DNA from: a virus
IMG/VR virus record: IMGVR_UViG_3300037408_000506
DNA length: 64,000 nucleotides
Strand: one strand, 5' to 3'
Shown in pieces: positions 17,816 through 26,811 of this stretch (positions within the stretch are counted from its first letter, which is position 1; each line of letters opens with the position of its first letter). The notes beneath the pieces are model-generated. The model saw only the letters and a program-made list of their open reading frames with translations, was not told the origin of the DNA and did no database searches. The translations under genes were made by a program, and so were the position numbers.

Positions 17816-19903
17816 ATGACGACCCTCAAGGAAATCTCCATCCCCGAGACCCAACTGAAGCTGCGGTGGCGCGAGCCCTACGTGACGGACGGCACCAACA
17901 AGGCGCTGGCGACGTTGGACCCGGGGGCGTACCGGGGCGGGTACGTGCGGGAGACGGACCCGATCAGCACGTCGTTCCGTCTCACGGCGGAGGGCGAGGC
18001 GGACAACTGCTTCCTGTGGGTGGACCAGGCCACGGGGACGGCGCTGGCGATCCGGTATGGCACGGACGTGCTGTTCGACATGGCCCCTCGGTTCTCCGGC
18101 CCGGGCGGCACGCTGCCGAGCGCGCAGACCTGGTACGTCTGGCTGGACTGTTCCTACAGCGTGGGGGCGGCGACCACGGGCAAGTTCTACGTGGGGGATG
18201 CGGCGCCGACCAGCGCGAACGCGGTGCGGATCGCCCGCATCAACATGCCGAACGGGGCGACGGCCATCCTGTCCAGCTACATCGACTGGTCCACCACGTA
18301 CCGCACGGTGGCGCACGTGGATCGGCCCATCCTGCTGGCCCGACGGGTGTCGCGGGCGGTGTCCACCAACAAGTTCCAGTTGACGGGCCAGGTGTACTTT
18401 CCGTCGGGGTCGGCGAGTTGGATGCTGCGGGAGATGGGCATCCAGTTGTCGGAGACGTCGGGCTTGACGCGCCTTGCGTACACCGGGGACGACGGCGGGT
18501 CCATCTGGGTCAAGCAGATATGGGCGGACAGCGCGCTGAGCGTCCCGATCACGTCTGACTCGGAGGGGTTCGTCCTGGATCCGTGGGTGGAGCTAGACCT
18601 GTCCCAGACGGCCGATCCGACGCCGCCCAGTTGTTGGGTGCGGTACTGGACGCGGGGCACCCTGCGGGATCTGGTGTTGAACGACGAGATCGTGGCGGAC
18701 TGGGTGCCGCATGAGCATGCAGCGTCTGTGGCGACGCGGGAGAAGGCGGGGTATCCCACGCCGCTGGTCAGGGGGACGGTGCAGTCGCAGATCGAGACGC
18801 TGCTGGCGGCGGTGAACGACCGGATCAGCGCGCAGGCGCCGGAGAGCGCCCCGGCCGCGCCGGTGCTGCTGTGGCGGTCGCACAACGTGGCCAGCGACGC
18901 GCTGGTGACGGGCACGACGATCAGCATGTACTGGGGTACCAACCTGGGCTTTGCGGTCATCGTGGGCGGGTACATCAGCGGGGGCAACGCGGTGCGGGCG
19001 CTGGTCAGCCCGGGGGACACGATGGTCCTGCTGCGCCTGCACGGGAACCTGGGGGCGGGGCCGGAGCTGCTGTCGAGTCCGGCGGCGGCGGGGGCCACGC
19101 GCGCCTGGAACATCGTGACCGACTGGACGGCGGGGCTGTACACGACGGATTTCTTTGGGGTGCCGCTGTTCACGATGCCTGCGCTGCTGGTGCAGCTCCT
19201 CAGTGTGACACTGGGGATCACCCTGGATAGCTCGCCGCTGTTGCTCACCAATCATGAAAGTTACGTTAAGGGCAACACGCCAGGAGCGGGAGGGCTGGAC
19301 ACGTATTGTCGCCTGTTTGAATCGAATGGGACAGGGTCCAAGGTGCGTTTGTATTACGGCAATGGGTCGTTTTGGATGACCTATAACGCAGAGTGGGACC
19401 AGGGTTCAGGCAAGTGGTACGAGGACGACGCGACCAAGCATGCCCTTGGGATAGGCATGGCGGCACTGGGTCGCGATCCCAGTTTCTCGGTGAGCAAGAA
19501 GTTCCTGGCGGGGTTCGGATCGGGATGGGCGCTGTGGGATTCCACGATTCTGTATGGAGCGGAAGTTCCGTCAGGATATTTGGGGTATGGGGCCTTCTCG
19601 ATGGTGAATCCCGTAGCGCTCGGTGACTGCATGGACATTTGCAAATGGTGTTTGCATGCCACGCCTGGCCAGACAGACGGCATTTATGTTTATACGGCTG
19701 TGACATTCCATGTGAAATTCTCGTCCGTTCCGAATTTTGCGTTCGTCGATATCCAGGAAGAGGTTGGCCCGTGGACCTCTTCCGCAACGGAAGCGGTGCT
19801 CGACAGCGTGGACGAGTATGGATTGGTGATTCAGGGAGTTCGTGGCATAGAGAGCATCATTGACACGCATTACACATGGGGACGTGTCTTTGTATTCGAG
19901 TGA
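17816..19903 (+). CDS. Putative baseplate-attached tail fibre/baseplate protein
   Basis: 695 aa; N-terminal LRWREPY...PGAYRGG region resembles baseplate-anchored fibre starts; AT-richer C-terminal part. Confidence 0.5.
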   Translation: MTTLKEISIPETQLKLRWREPYVTDGTNKALATLDPGAYRGGYVRETDPISTSFRLTAEGEADNCFLWVDQATGTALAIRYGTDVLFDMAPRFSGPGGTLPSAQTWYVWLDCSYSVGAATTGKFYVGDAAPTSANAVRIARINMPNGATAILSSYIDWSTTYRTVAHVDRPILLARRVSRAVSTNKFQLTGQVYFPSGSASWMLREMGIQLSETSGLTRLAYTGDDGGSIWVKQIWADSALSVPITSDSEGFVLDPWVELDLSQTADPTPPSCWVRYWTRGTLRDLVLNDEIVADWVPHEHAASVATREKAGYPTPLVRGTVQSQIETLLAAVNDRISAQAPESAPAAPVLLWRSHNVASDALVTGTTISMYWGTNLGFAVIVGGYISGGNAVRALVSPGDTMVLLRLHGNLGAGPELLSSPAAAGATRAWNIVTDWTAGLYTTDFFGVPLFTMPALLVQLLSVTLGITLDSSPLLLTNHESYVKGNTPGAGGLDTYCRLFESNGTGSKVRLYYGNGSFWMTYNAEWDQGSGKWYEDDATKHALGIGMAALGRDPSFSVSKKFLAGFGSGWALWDSTILYGAEVPSGYLGYGAFSMVNPVALGDCMDICKWCLHATPGQTDGIYVYTAVTFHVKFSSVPNFAFVDIQEEVGPWTSSATEAVLDSVDEYGLVIQGVRGIESIIDTHYTWGRVFVFE

Positions 19904-19920
19904 TCAGATGGAGGTGTTGC

Positions 19921-20286
19921 ATGTTCCTGCGTAAACTCTCTGCTGGGAGTGTCGAGGCATTGTGCATGGCGTGCCAGGTGTGGAGTGAGTATGCGTTGGT
20001 GGATATGAAGGCGGCCAATCGGTCGGTATCCTTCCCATCGTGTCCGGCCTGTCACAAGGTCAGGTTACAGGTCAACGTCACGGCGGGGCCGATTGCCAAG
20101 GTTGGCGAGGCGGCCTTGTCACAGGCATGGATCAAAGCGTTGCATCGACAGCTCATCGTCGATGGGCATACGGCGGCGATTTATAGCGCGGAGAAGGTCG
20201 CGCCTGACGCGCATGATGGTGCGGTCGATTGGCCGACTGGCGATGCTGTTGTGGATTTCGTCGTGACTCCAGTTAGCGAGCCATAG
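19921..20286 (+). CDS. Hypothetical protein with CxxC pairs
   Basis: GGAGG SD before ATG 19921; CMAC and CPAC zinc-ribbon-like pairs. Confidence 0.5.
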   Translation: MFLRKLSAGSVEALCMACQVWSEYALVDMKAANRSVSFPSCPACHKVRLQVNVTAGPIAKVGEAALSQAWIKALHRQLIVDGHTAAIYSAEKVAPDAHDGAVDWPTGDAVVDFVVTPVSEP

Positions 20287-20288
20287 AG

Positions 20289-20304
20289 GCGAACCCAGGT
20301 TCGC
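20289..20304. promoter_or_regulatory. 16-bp palindrome copy 3
   Basis: GCGAACCCAGGTTCGC, 2 nt after the TAG at 20286. Confidence 0.8.
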
Positions 20305-20317
20305 GTGCAGGTGCAGA

Positions 20318-22741
20318 ATGACGGACGATCCAGGCAGCGGGTTCTTCGGTAAGGGTTACTGGGGGCGGCGCGTGCTGTGGGAGAATATCCCGGTACAGCA
20401 TCGCAACCTCGACGTGGACGGCTACCTCCAGCGACTCATGCAGGCGTATGGGGACGCGCTGGAGTCCTTCATCGAGCAGATCGCGGCGCTCCCGTTCCAG
20501 CGCGACCCCTACTACGCCCGGGCCGAGGAGGGCCAGGCGGAGTGGTTCTACATCACGGCGGCGGAGCGCTACACGGACCCGGTGCGCGGGGCGGTGACGC
20601 GCCTGATCGGCGAGCGCGATCCGGCGGAGACGCCCGGATCGGCGGATCCGGCCATGCCCGGCCCCGAGGAGCGCTACCCCTGGGCGCCCTACGCGCCGAT
20701 CCAGCAGACGGCGCGCTGGTGGAAGGTGATTGTGCCCACGGTGGACGAGGCGACCGGGGCGGAGGATCCGACCGAGTACGAGGTGGCGCTGGTGCGCGCC
20801 CGCAACTTCGACGCGGGGGATCTGTACGACGTGGATCGGTCGCTGGGCAACGAGGTGTGGGTGGCGGGCGGTGACCTGACGCTGCCGATGGCGTTGCCCG
20901 CTGGCTGGCTCGTGTACGGCCCGACGATGGCGGGGGTGCCGGTGGGATTGGGGGACGGCACGCCGATGCCCCTGGTGACCTTCCCGGGGCTCCAGCCGCG
21001 CCTGGCGCAGGGGGACGGCACGGTGGCGGGGGCGCGGGTGGTGCTGGACGTGCCGACGCCGACGGTGCTGCGGCTGTACGACTGTCCCGACGCGCCTGCG
21101 ACGCTGGAGACGGGCGTGCTGTACCGCGAGGATCCGCTGGCGCCGGGGACGCTGGACCTGGCGAACCCGCTGGGGACGGTGGACTACCTGGGCGGGGTGG
21201 TGAGCATCGACCTGACGGCGCTGGGCCTGTTTTCGCAGTTGCAGGCCCCGATGCAGGCGTATTGGCAGGCGCGGGGGGTCTACGCGCGCTTCCTACCGCC
21301 GCGCGTGCTGGACGTGCTGGCCAAGGACTACGGCTTCGAGAACGACCGGAACGACCCCGAGGATCGGCAGCGGGTGGCGATTGCGCACCTGTACCAGTAC
21401 TTTGGCGTCAAGGGCGCGCAGGAGGCGTACCGCATTCGGGGCGAGATCAGCCTGTTCGACGTGCGCGTGCAGGCGCTCTGGCACGTCTGCGATGCTGATA
21501 TGATCCTGGCGCTCCCCGAGGCGCATCGGTTTGAATACGGCGGCCTCTTCTACTCGGACCTGGCGCCGATCCTGCTGACCTTTGACGACATCGTGGGCGA
21601 CGAGGAGTACTACGACCCGGACGCACCGGCTTGGGTGACGCTGCTGGACCGCGCGGCGATGTACCAGGACGCGGACTTGCCGAGCGGGATGTCCCCGGCG
21701 CTGGCCTACGCGGTGGACGTGACGCAGGGGTACTATGGGCCGGTCTCGTCGACGAACCCGGCCTGGCGGGGCCCGGCCACGGTGGAGAGCAGCACGCTGC
21801 TGACGTCGGGGGAGGCGCTGGTCATGGGCCTCACGGCGGGCTATCGCGTGGTGGTGCGGATGCTGCGCTGCCAGGCGGACGCCTTCCACTTCCGCAAGAC
21901 CGCCTTCGGGCTGACGGAGTATGACGCGGCGGCCGTGACCCCGCCGACGCTGGCGGATCCGGTCTTCTGGATCGACCGGGAGGCGGTGGCCTGGACGCTC
22001 GACGCGCTGGGGAGCACGCCGGAGGAGGACGCGGGCCTGTGGACGGTCATCATCGGCGTGGGCCTGGACGGATCGGGGGCGCCGATGCCGGGCCCGACGG
22101 TGGGCGGGGACGTGGCGGTGCGCTACGCGCCGGGGATGGCGATCAGTTGCTGCTGGTGCCCGAGCTACCGCGTGCGCGTGCTCATCACGCCGTGGGCGGC
22201 GCCGGACGGGACGTTCCCGGCCTACGCGCACTACGAGACGGACGCGGCGATGCAGGCGGCGGTGGATCGGATGAAGGACAAGGTGCTGCACCAGCTCCTG
22301 CCGATCCATGCGCGGGTGGCGGAGTGGGTGGTGACGACGGATTGGAGCGTGGACATGGGCTGCGTGCAGGACGGGATGGTGCGGGTGTGGGACGTCAGCG
22401 CGGGCGAGTTCGCCGGGCTGTCGGCGCGGGATCTGGTGCGGTTGACCGTCGCGCAGCGGGGCGACCTGGCGTCGCCGGGGCAGACGCAGGAGATCTGGGC
22501 GCACGCGCTCCCGGCGGACGTGCCGTTGACCCCGCCGATCAGCACGGGCGCCGTGCAGAGCGGGTACGCCGACCCGGATACCTGGCATCCGGTGGCGGGC
22601 TGGGACGACGTGGACGTCACGGACGCGGTGGCCAGTGCGCCGGGCGATCATGACCTGCGCCTGCGGGCGAGTGCGGACGCCAGCGTGACCTACGGCGACG
22701 TGCGGTGGACATTTCGGGTGACCCGGAGCACGCTGGGGTAG
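20318..22741 (+). CDS. Baseplate wedge protein (P2 gpI/tail protein I-like region)
   Basis: LDVLAKDYGFENDRNDPEDRQRVAIAHLYQYFGVKGAQEAY resembles the gpI-like wedge motif; ends with a LLPIHARV-type segment. Confidence 0.65.
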   Translation: MTDDPGSGFFGKGYWGRRVLWENIPVQHRNLDVDGYLQRLMQAYGDALESFIEQIAALPFQRDPYYARAEEGQAEWFYITAAERYTDPVRGAVTRLIGERDPAETPGSADPAMPGPEERYPWAPYAPIQQTARWWKVIVPTVDEATGAEDPTEYEVALVRARNFDAGDLYDVDRSLGNEVWVAGGDLTLPMALPAGWLVYGPTMAGVPVGLGDGTPMPLVTFPGLQPRLAQGDGTVAGARVVLDVPTPTVLRLYDCPDAPATLETGVLYREDPLAPGTLDLANPLGTVDYLGGVVSIDLTALGLFSQLQAPMQAYWQARGVYARFLPPRVLDVLAKDYGFENDRNDPEDRQRVAIAHLYQYFGVKGAQEAYRIRGEISLFDVRVQALWHVCDADMILALPEAHRFEYGGLFYSDLAPILLTFDDIVGDEEYYDPDAPAWVTLLDRAAMYQDADLPSGMSPALAYAVDVTQGYYGPVSSTNPAWRGPATVESSTLLTSGEALVMGLTAGYRVVVRMLRCQADAFHFRKTAFGLTEYDAAAVTPPTLADPVFWIDREAVAWTLDALGSTPEEDAGLWTVIIGVGLDGSGAPMPGPTVGGDVAVRYAPGMAISCCWCPSYRVRVLITPWAAPDGTFPAYAHYETDAAMQAAVDRMKDKVLHQLLPIHARVAEWVVTTDWSVDMGCVQDGMVRVWDVSAGEFAGLSARDLVRLTVAQRGDLASPGQTQEIWAHALPADVPLTPPISTGAVQSGYADPDTWHPVAGWDDVDVTDAVASAPGDHDLRLRASADASVTYGDVRWTFRVTRSTLG

Positions 22742-22756
22742 ACAGAGGAGGTCGGC

Positions 22757-23587
22757 ATGGCGTTCGGGTTCATCGGCAAGCTCATCGAGGCGATCATGAA
22801 CGGGCCGGAGGGCACGGGCAGCGCGAGCATGTCCATCCTGGGGATCGACCCGGCCGATTCAAAGGGCAGCACGGTGATCCTGCCGGAGCGGACGTTCCAA
22901 TTCTGGCCGGAGAGCATCCAGGACAGCATCGAGATCGGGTGGCAGTTCAAGGACATCCCGGGCGGGTCGCACGCGCTGGCGCAGTGGGCCAGCAACAACG
23001 GCCGCACGATCAGCTTCGAGGTGCGGCTGCACCGCTTCATGAAGCCGGTGGATGACCGCACGGTGTTCGAGAAGATCGTGGACCCCATCGGGCTGACGAC
23101 GCCGGGCCAGCAGTACCTGAAGGACATGCGCCCGCACAACGTGGACCTGGACGCGGAGATCCGCTACCTGCGGGCGTTCTGCTATCCGAGCTACGCGGTG
23201 GACAGCACCTCGGGCAGCACGGTGTCGTATCCGCCGCCGGTGGCCATGCTGTGCGTGCCGGGCGTGGGACTGAACGAGCAGGGGTCGGACACCATCATGG
23301 CCGTGATGACAGGCTGCGACGTGACCTACAACCTGCTGTTCCCCAACGGGAAGCCGCGCAACGCCACGGTGGCGCTCACGTTCAAGCAGATCGTGCAGAA
23401 GGCGGGGGTGGGCGTGATGTGGCGCGGGATCGGCAAGGACGCGGCCATCAACGGCTACAAGCACCGCATTCCAGACATCGGCTACAATGTAAATGCCTAC
23501 ACGGCGGGCAATGCCAAGAGCAGCAAGGAGCCCTGGACGGGGGCCGGAGGCGTGCTCAACAAGATCGACACGAAGGGGACGACCTGA
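22757..23587 (+). CDS. Contractile-tail tube/tube-initiator-like protein (CIS_tube-like)
   Basis: FQFWPESI...W...IPG...QW...GRTISF...PPP...DVTYxLxFPNGKPRNATVALTFKQ pattern. Confidence 0.65.
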   Translation: MAFGFIGKLIEAIMNGPEGTGSASMSILGIDPADSKGSTVILPERTFQFWPESIQDSIEIGWQFKDIPGGSHALAQWASNNGRTISFEVRLHRFMKPVDDRTVFEKIVDPIGLTTPGQQYLKDMRPHNVDLDAEIRYLRAFCYPSYAVDSTSGSTVSYPPPVAMLCVPGVGLNEQGSDTIMAVMTGCDVTYNLLFPNGKPRNATVALTFKQIVQKAGVGVMWRGIGKDAAINGYKHRIPDIGYNVNAYTAGNAKSSKEPWTGAGGVLNKIDTKGTT

Positions 23588-23832
23588 TGGGCATCAAGGC
23601 ACAGCCGCAGCAGCCAACTCACGCGAACCCCGGTTCGCCCGCGCCGCCGGTCGCCTCGGACGCGCAGGCGCTCACGATGGAGGACGCGCTGGTCATGGTG
23701 ATCTTCCCGCAGGCGACGTGGGATGCCGTGGTACAGTTGGCGACGGAGCTGCACGTTGCCCCGGCCGAGGCGCTGGGCGCGGCGATCAAGCTGCTCCGGG
23801 CGCGGGTGGACGAGGAGACGGGTCACGGATGA
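23587..23832 (+). CDS. Small hypothetical protein
   Basis: ATG overlaps the upstream TGA; 81 aa. Confidence 0.5.
   Translation: MGIKAQPQQPTHANPGSPAPPVASDAQALTMEDALVMVIFPQATWDAVVQLATELHVAPAEALGAAIKLLRARVDEETGHG
23623..23638. promoter_or_regulatory. 16-bp palindrome copy 4 (variant, inside CDS)
   Basis: GCGAACCCCGGTTCGC (CC spacer). Confidence 0.65.
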
Positions 23833-23889
23833 TGGTGACGCAACGCCGGACCGGGACAGGGCATCGCGGTCGGGCAGGAAGAGGGCCGC

Positions 23890-24312
23890 GTGGTTGCAGT
23901 TGCTCGCTTTGGGTTTGGCGCTAGCGCCGAGACCGTTCCTGTGGCGTGTCTCGCGACCGACGCTGTGGGGGACGTGGTGGCGCTACGGGACACGGCGACG
24001 GTGACGGGGCGCTGGCGCGTGCAGCGGGCCGATCCGACGGACGTGACCAAGATGCCGGGGATCGGGGTGCTCCTGCGCAAGGTGACGCCGACGACGGGGA
24101 TCATGCAGCGGGCGGGCAGCGTGCGCGGGGTGTACGCGGGGCTGCCGTTTGCGACGAATTACTGGGTGGGGATGGACGGGCGACCGACGGTCATTCTGCC
24201 CGTACCGGATCTTGGTGAGGGCATAATCGTGCAGCGTTTTGGTATTCCGGTGGCGACAGACGTGCTATTTTTAACGGGCGAAGTGGGACCGCTGACGAAG
24301 CGGTTGGGCTAA
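23890..24312 (+). CDS. Putative capsid decoration/cement-like protein
   Basis: DAVGDVV...ADP...GIGV...G...YWVGxDG pattern is similar to the C-terminal domain of 24792..26174; start uncertain. Confidence 0.4.
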   Translation: MVAVARFGFGASAETVPVACLATDAVGDVVALRDTATVTGRWRVQRADPTDVTKMPGIGVLLRKVTPTTGIMQRAGSVRGVYAGLPFATNYWVGMDGRPTVILPVPDLGEGIIVQRFGIPVATDVLFLTGEVGPLTKRLG

Positions 24313-24325
24313 GAGCTGGAAAGTT

Positions 24326-24739
24326 GTGGGCACCATGGTTGACATCGAAAGGATCAGGAAGATGGCCAGAAAAGTGCGCAAAGTTGACGAAGTGGCATTG
24401 ATGGACACGCAGCGGGAAGAGGTCCAGCCCGACAACGGGGTGATGACGTTGACGGAGTTGGAGATGGTGCAGTTGATGCTGCACGAGCAGCGGGTGGAGA
24501 TGAACCGCGTCCAGGGCGAGAAGTTCGCGTTGCAAGAGCAGCTCCTGAACTTGGAGTATATTAAGAATCGAGACACGCTGCGCCTGCGCCAACGGGAGTG
24601 CATTGGGTCGATGGAGCGCGCGAAGGCCGACTACAATACGGTGCGCGCGGCGGTGCAGGCCCGGCTGGGCGTGAATCTGGATCAGTACACGGTGAACGAG
24701 GCGGGACAGCTCCAGGCGGCCCCGCAGATCGACAACTAG
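24326..24739 (+). CDS. Coiled-coil hypothetical protein
   Basis: 137 aa, E/Q/L-rich heptads; alternative start at ATG 24335. Confidence 0.5.
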   Translation: MGTMVDIERIRKMARKVRKVDEVALMDTQREEVQPDNGVMTLTELEMVQLMLHEQRVEMNRVQGEKFALQEQLLNLEYIKNRDTLRLRQRECIGSMERAKADYNTVRAAVQARLGVNLDQYTVNEAGQLQAAPQIDN

Positions 24740-24791
24740 GACGCCCAGCGCCGAACGGGATCGGCGGGGCCAGTGAACACGGAGGAGACTA

Positions 24792-26174
24792 ATGACAGAG
24801 CGCAAGTTCATGTTCATGAACCCCGACTACGGCTACCACGAGGAGTCGGATCCCACCAGCGACACGATCAGCCTCGCCGGGTTGACCATGGCGGGCAACA
24901 TCGGGATGGGGTCGCACACCATCACAGGGTTGCTGGACCCCCTGAACGCGCAGGAGGCCGCGACCAAGGCGTATGTGGACAACGTCGCCAGCGGGCTCAT
25001 GTGGAAGCCCCCGGTGCTGGTCCTCAACATCGTCGACGACTCCGACATGGGCGGGGCCGATCCGACCGGCATGGTCAAGGGCGACTGCTACGTTGTGAAC
25101 AACTGGCTCACGCAGACGAGTGATGGCGACATCGTCGAGTGGTCGGGCACCGCCTGGGTCGTGATCCAGGCGGACACAGGCGGGGAGCCCGCCAACGGCA
25201 CGCGCGTGGTGGTCAAGGCCACGGGCGCAGCGGGATCGTTCGCGACGCACGCCAACAAGATCGGCACGTACAACGCCACGCTGAATACGTGGTCGTTTGA
25301 GGTTCCGCTGGATGGCTGGGCCGCGCTGGTGAACGGGGACGGCGGCGTGTGGAGCGATACGGCGTGGACCTACAACGGGTCGGCCTGGGTGCAGTTCAGC
25401 GGCACCGGCCAGATCAACGCGGGCGCGGGCCTCACCAAGACCGGGAACACGCTGGACGTGGGCAAGGGCGACGGCATCGCGGTGGGATCGGACGACATCG
25501 CCATCGACCTCGCCGCGTCGAACCCCGGCTTGCAACTCACCGGCACGAGCCCGAACAAGAAGTTGTCGGTGCTGACCGACGGCGCGCACGGCGTGATCGT
25601 GGGCGCCTCGGGCGTAGAGCTGGAGATCGACCTGACCCCGGGCACCCTGAAGGTGGACGCGGACGGCCTCGGGGTCACGGGTCTGCCCTCGCTGTTCACC
25701 ATCAACGACAGCGCGGTGTCGGCCAACGTGACGGCGACCAACCTGGGCACCCTCACGGCGGGCAGCAGCTCCAACGCGGACAGTTTGCATACGCACTCGG
25801 TGGCGGAGGCGCAGCGGATCGAGGGCACCCACCTGAACAACGCGGCGGTCACGGCGGGGCGCGCGGTGCGGTGGAGCGGCACGGCCAACGAGGTGATCCA
25901 CGCGGACAACGCGGCAGCGGCCAACTGTCGCGCCATCGGCGTGGCGCGCACGGGCGGCGCGGCCAACCCCGGCACGTCCGAGGTGGTCAAGGTCGGCGTC
26001 TGCACCGCCGTGCTGAGCGGCGCGACGGTGAATACCCCCTACTTCCTGGGCACCAACGGCGCGCTGGTCCTGCTGGCGAGCGTGCCGAATCCGGGCCAGG
26101 TCGTGCGCATGGGCTACGCGGTCAACGGGACCGACCTCGACGTCCAGATCCAGGATTACGGCAAGAAGCTGTAG
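24792..26174 (+). CDS. Virion fibre/decoration protein, paralog of 5547..6692, with cement-like C-terminal domain
   Basis: Shared ATKAYVD...MWKPPVL...GQINAGxGLTKTGNTL block; GGAGGAG SD. Confidence 0.7.
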   Translation: MTERKFMFMNPDYGYHEESDPTSDTISLAGLTMAGNIGMGSHTITGLLDPLNAQEAATKAYVDNVASGLMWKPPVLVLNIVDDSDMGGADPTGMVKGDCYVVNNWLTQTSDGDIVEWSGTAWVVIQADTGGEPANGTRVVVKATGAAGSFATHANKIGTYNATLNTWSFEVPLDGWAALVNGDGGVWSDTAWTYNGSAWVQFSGTGQINAGAGLTKTGNTLDVGKGDGIAVGSDDIAIDLAASNPGLQLTGTSPNKKLSVLTDGAHGVIVGASGVELEIDLTPGTLKVDADGLGVTGLPSLFTINDSAVSANVTATNLGTLTAGSSSNADSLHTHSVAEAQRIEGTHLNNAAVTAGRAVRWSGTANEVIHADNAAAANCRAIGVARTGGAANPGTSEVVKVGVCTAVLSGATVNTPYFLGTNGALVLLASVPNPGQVVRMGYAVNGTDLDVQIQDYGKKL

Positions 26175-26241
26175 GCCCTCGGCATCCCTCCGCAATTAGT
26201 CGCCCACTGCATTGAATCCGTCCGAGTCGATTCGGGGTGAG

Positions 26242-26257
26242 GCGAACCCAGGTTCGC
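26242..26257. promoter_or_regulatory. 16-bp palindrome copy 5
   Basis: GCGAACCCAGGTTCGC in the 286-bp intergenic gap. Confidence 0.8.
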
Positions 26258-26460
26258 TTGCGCCTCGGTGCATAACGCCGCGCATAGCGATCCATAAAGG
26301 CAAAAACCTACGCGTGGGTTATGGCGGGGATTGATCCGGCGGGGGCGAGCGGGTACAAGGGGGCGGCGTCGTCGGTGGCCACTTGACCCTCCCCCCCCGT
26401 CATGGTCGCTGGCGGCGCTTTTCCTATTCTGTTGGCGACGGGTAGTGCTATCCTGTCCCC

Positions 26461-26811
26461 ATGGCTATCGACCGGGTTCAGGCGATCAAGTGGGAGAGTC
26501 CGGCGCATGGCGGGACCGAGGAAGACCTCACCCCGGCGGAGATCGACGTCCACGAGGACTTTCTGGACTGTCGGGGCGTCTCGATCCAGGACGACACCTC
26601 GGACGATGAGGCGGTGCGGGTGTCGCGGGATGCGGCGGGCAACATGACGTTCGTCGATCCGGTGTATGGGCTCACGGCGACATTGACGGAGTTGGCGGCT
26701 GGCGGTGGGGAGAGCGTCATTGAGACGCGCGGTATCTTCACGACGAGTGGTGGTGTGGTTTACACGGAAGTATCGGGCGGAGTGGCCATCGTGGCCAAGG
26801 TGGTGCCATGA
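26461..26811 (+). CDS. Hypothetical virion protein
   Basis: 116 aa; ATGA overlap with the next gene. Confidence 0.55.
   Translation: MAIDRVQAIKWESPAHGGTEEDLTPAEIDVHEDFLDCRGVSIQDDTSDDEAVRVSRDAAGNMTFVDPVYGLTATLTELAAGGGESVIETRGIFTTSGGVVYTEVSGGVAIVAKVVP

Noticed and set aside
23829-23892. Programmed frameshift joining ATG 23829 to the 23890 ORF
   Set aside because: No recognisable slippery heptamer, and the GTG at 23890 has its own purine-rich SD.
2-26174. Diversity-generating retroelement (TR/VR) among duplicated fibre genes
   Set aside because: Paralog differences are broad and mostly synonymous rather than adenine-specific, and no reverse transcriptase is present.
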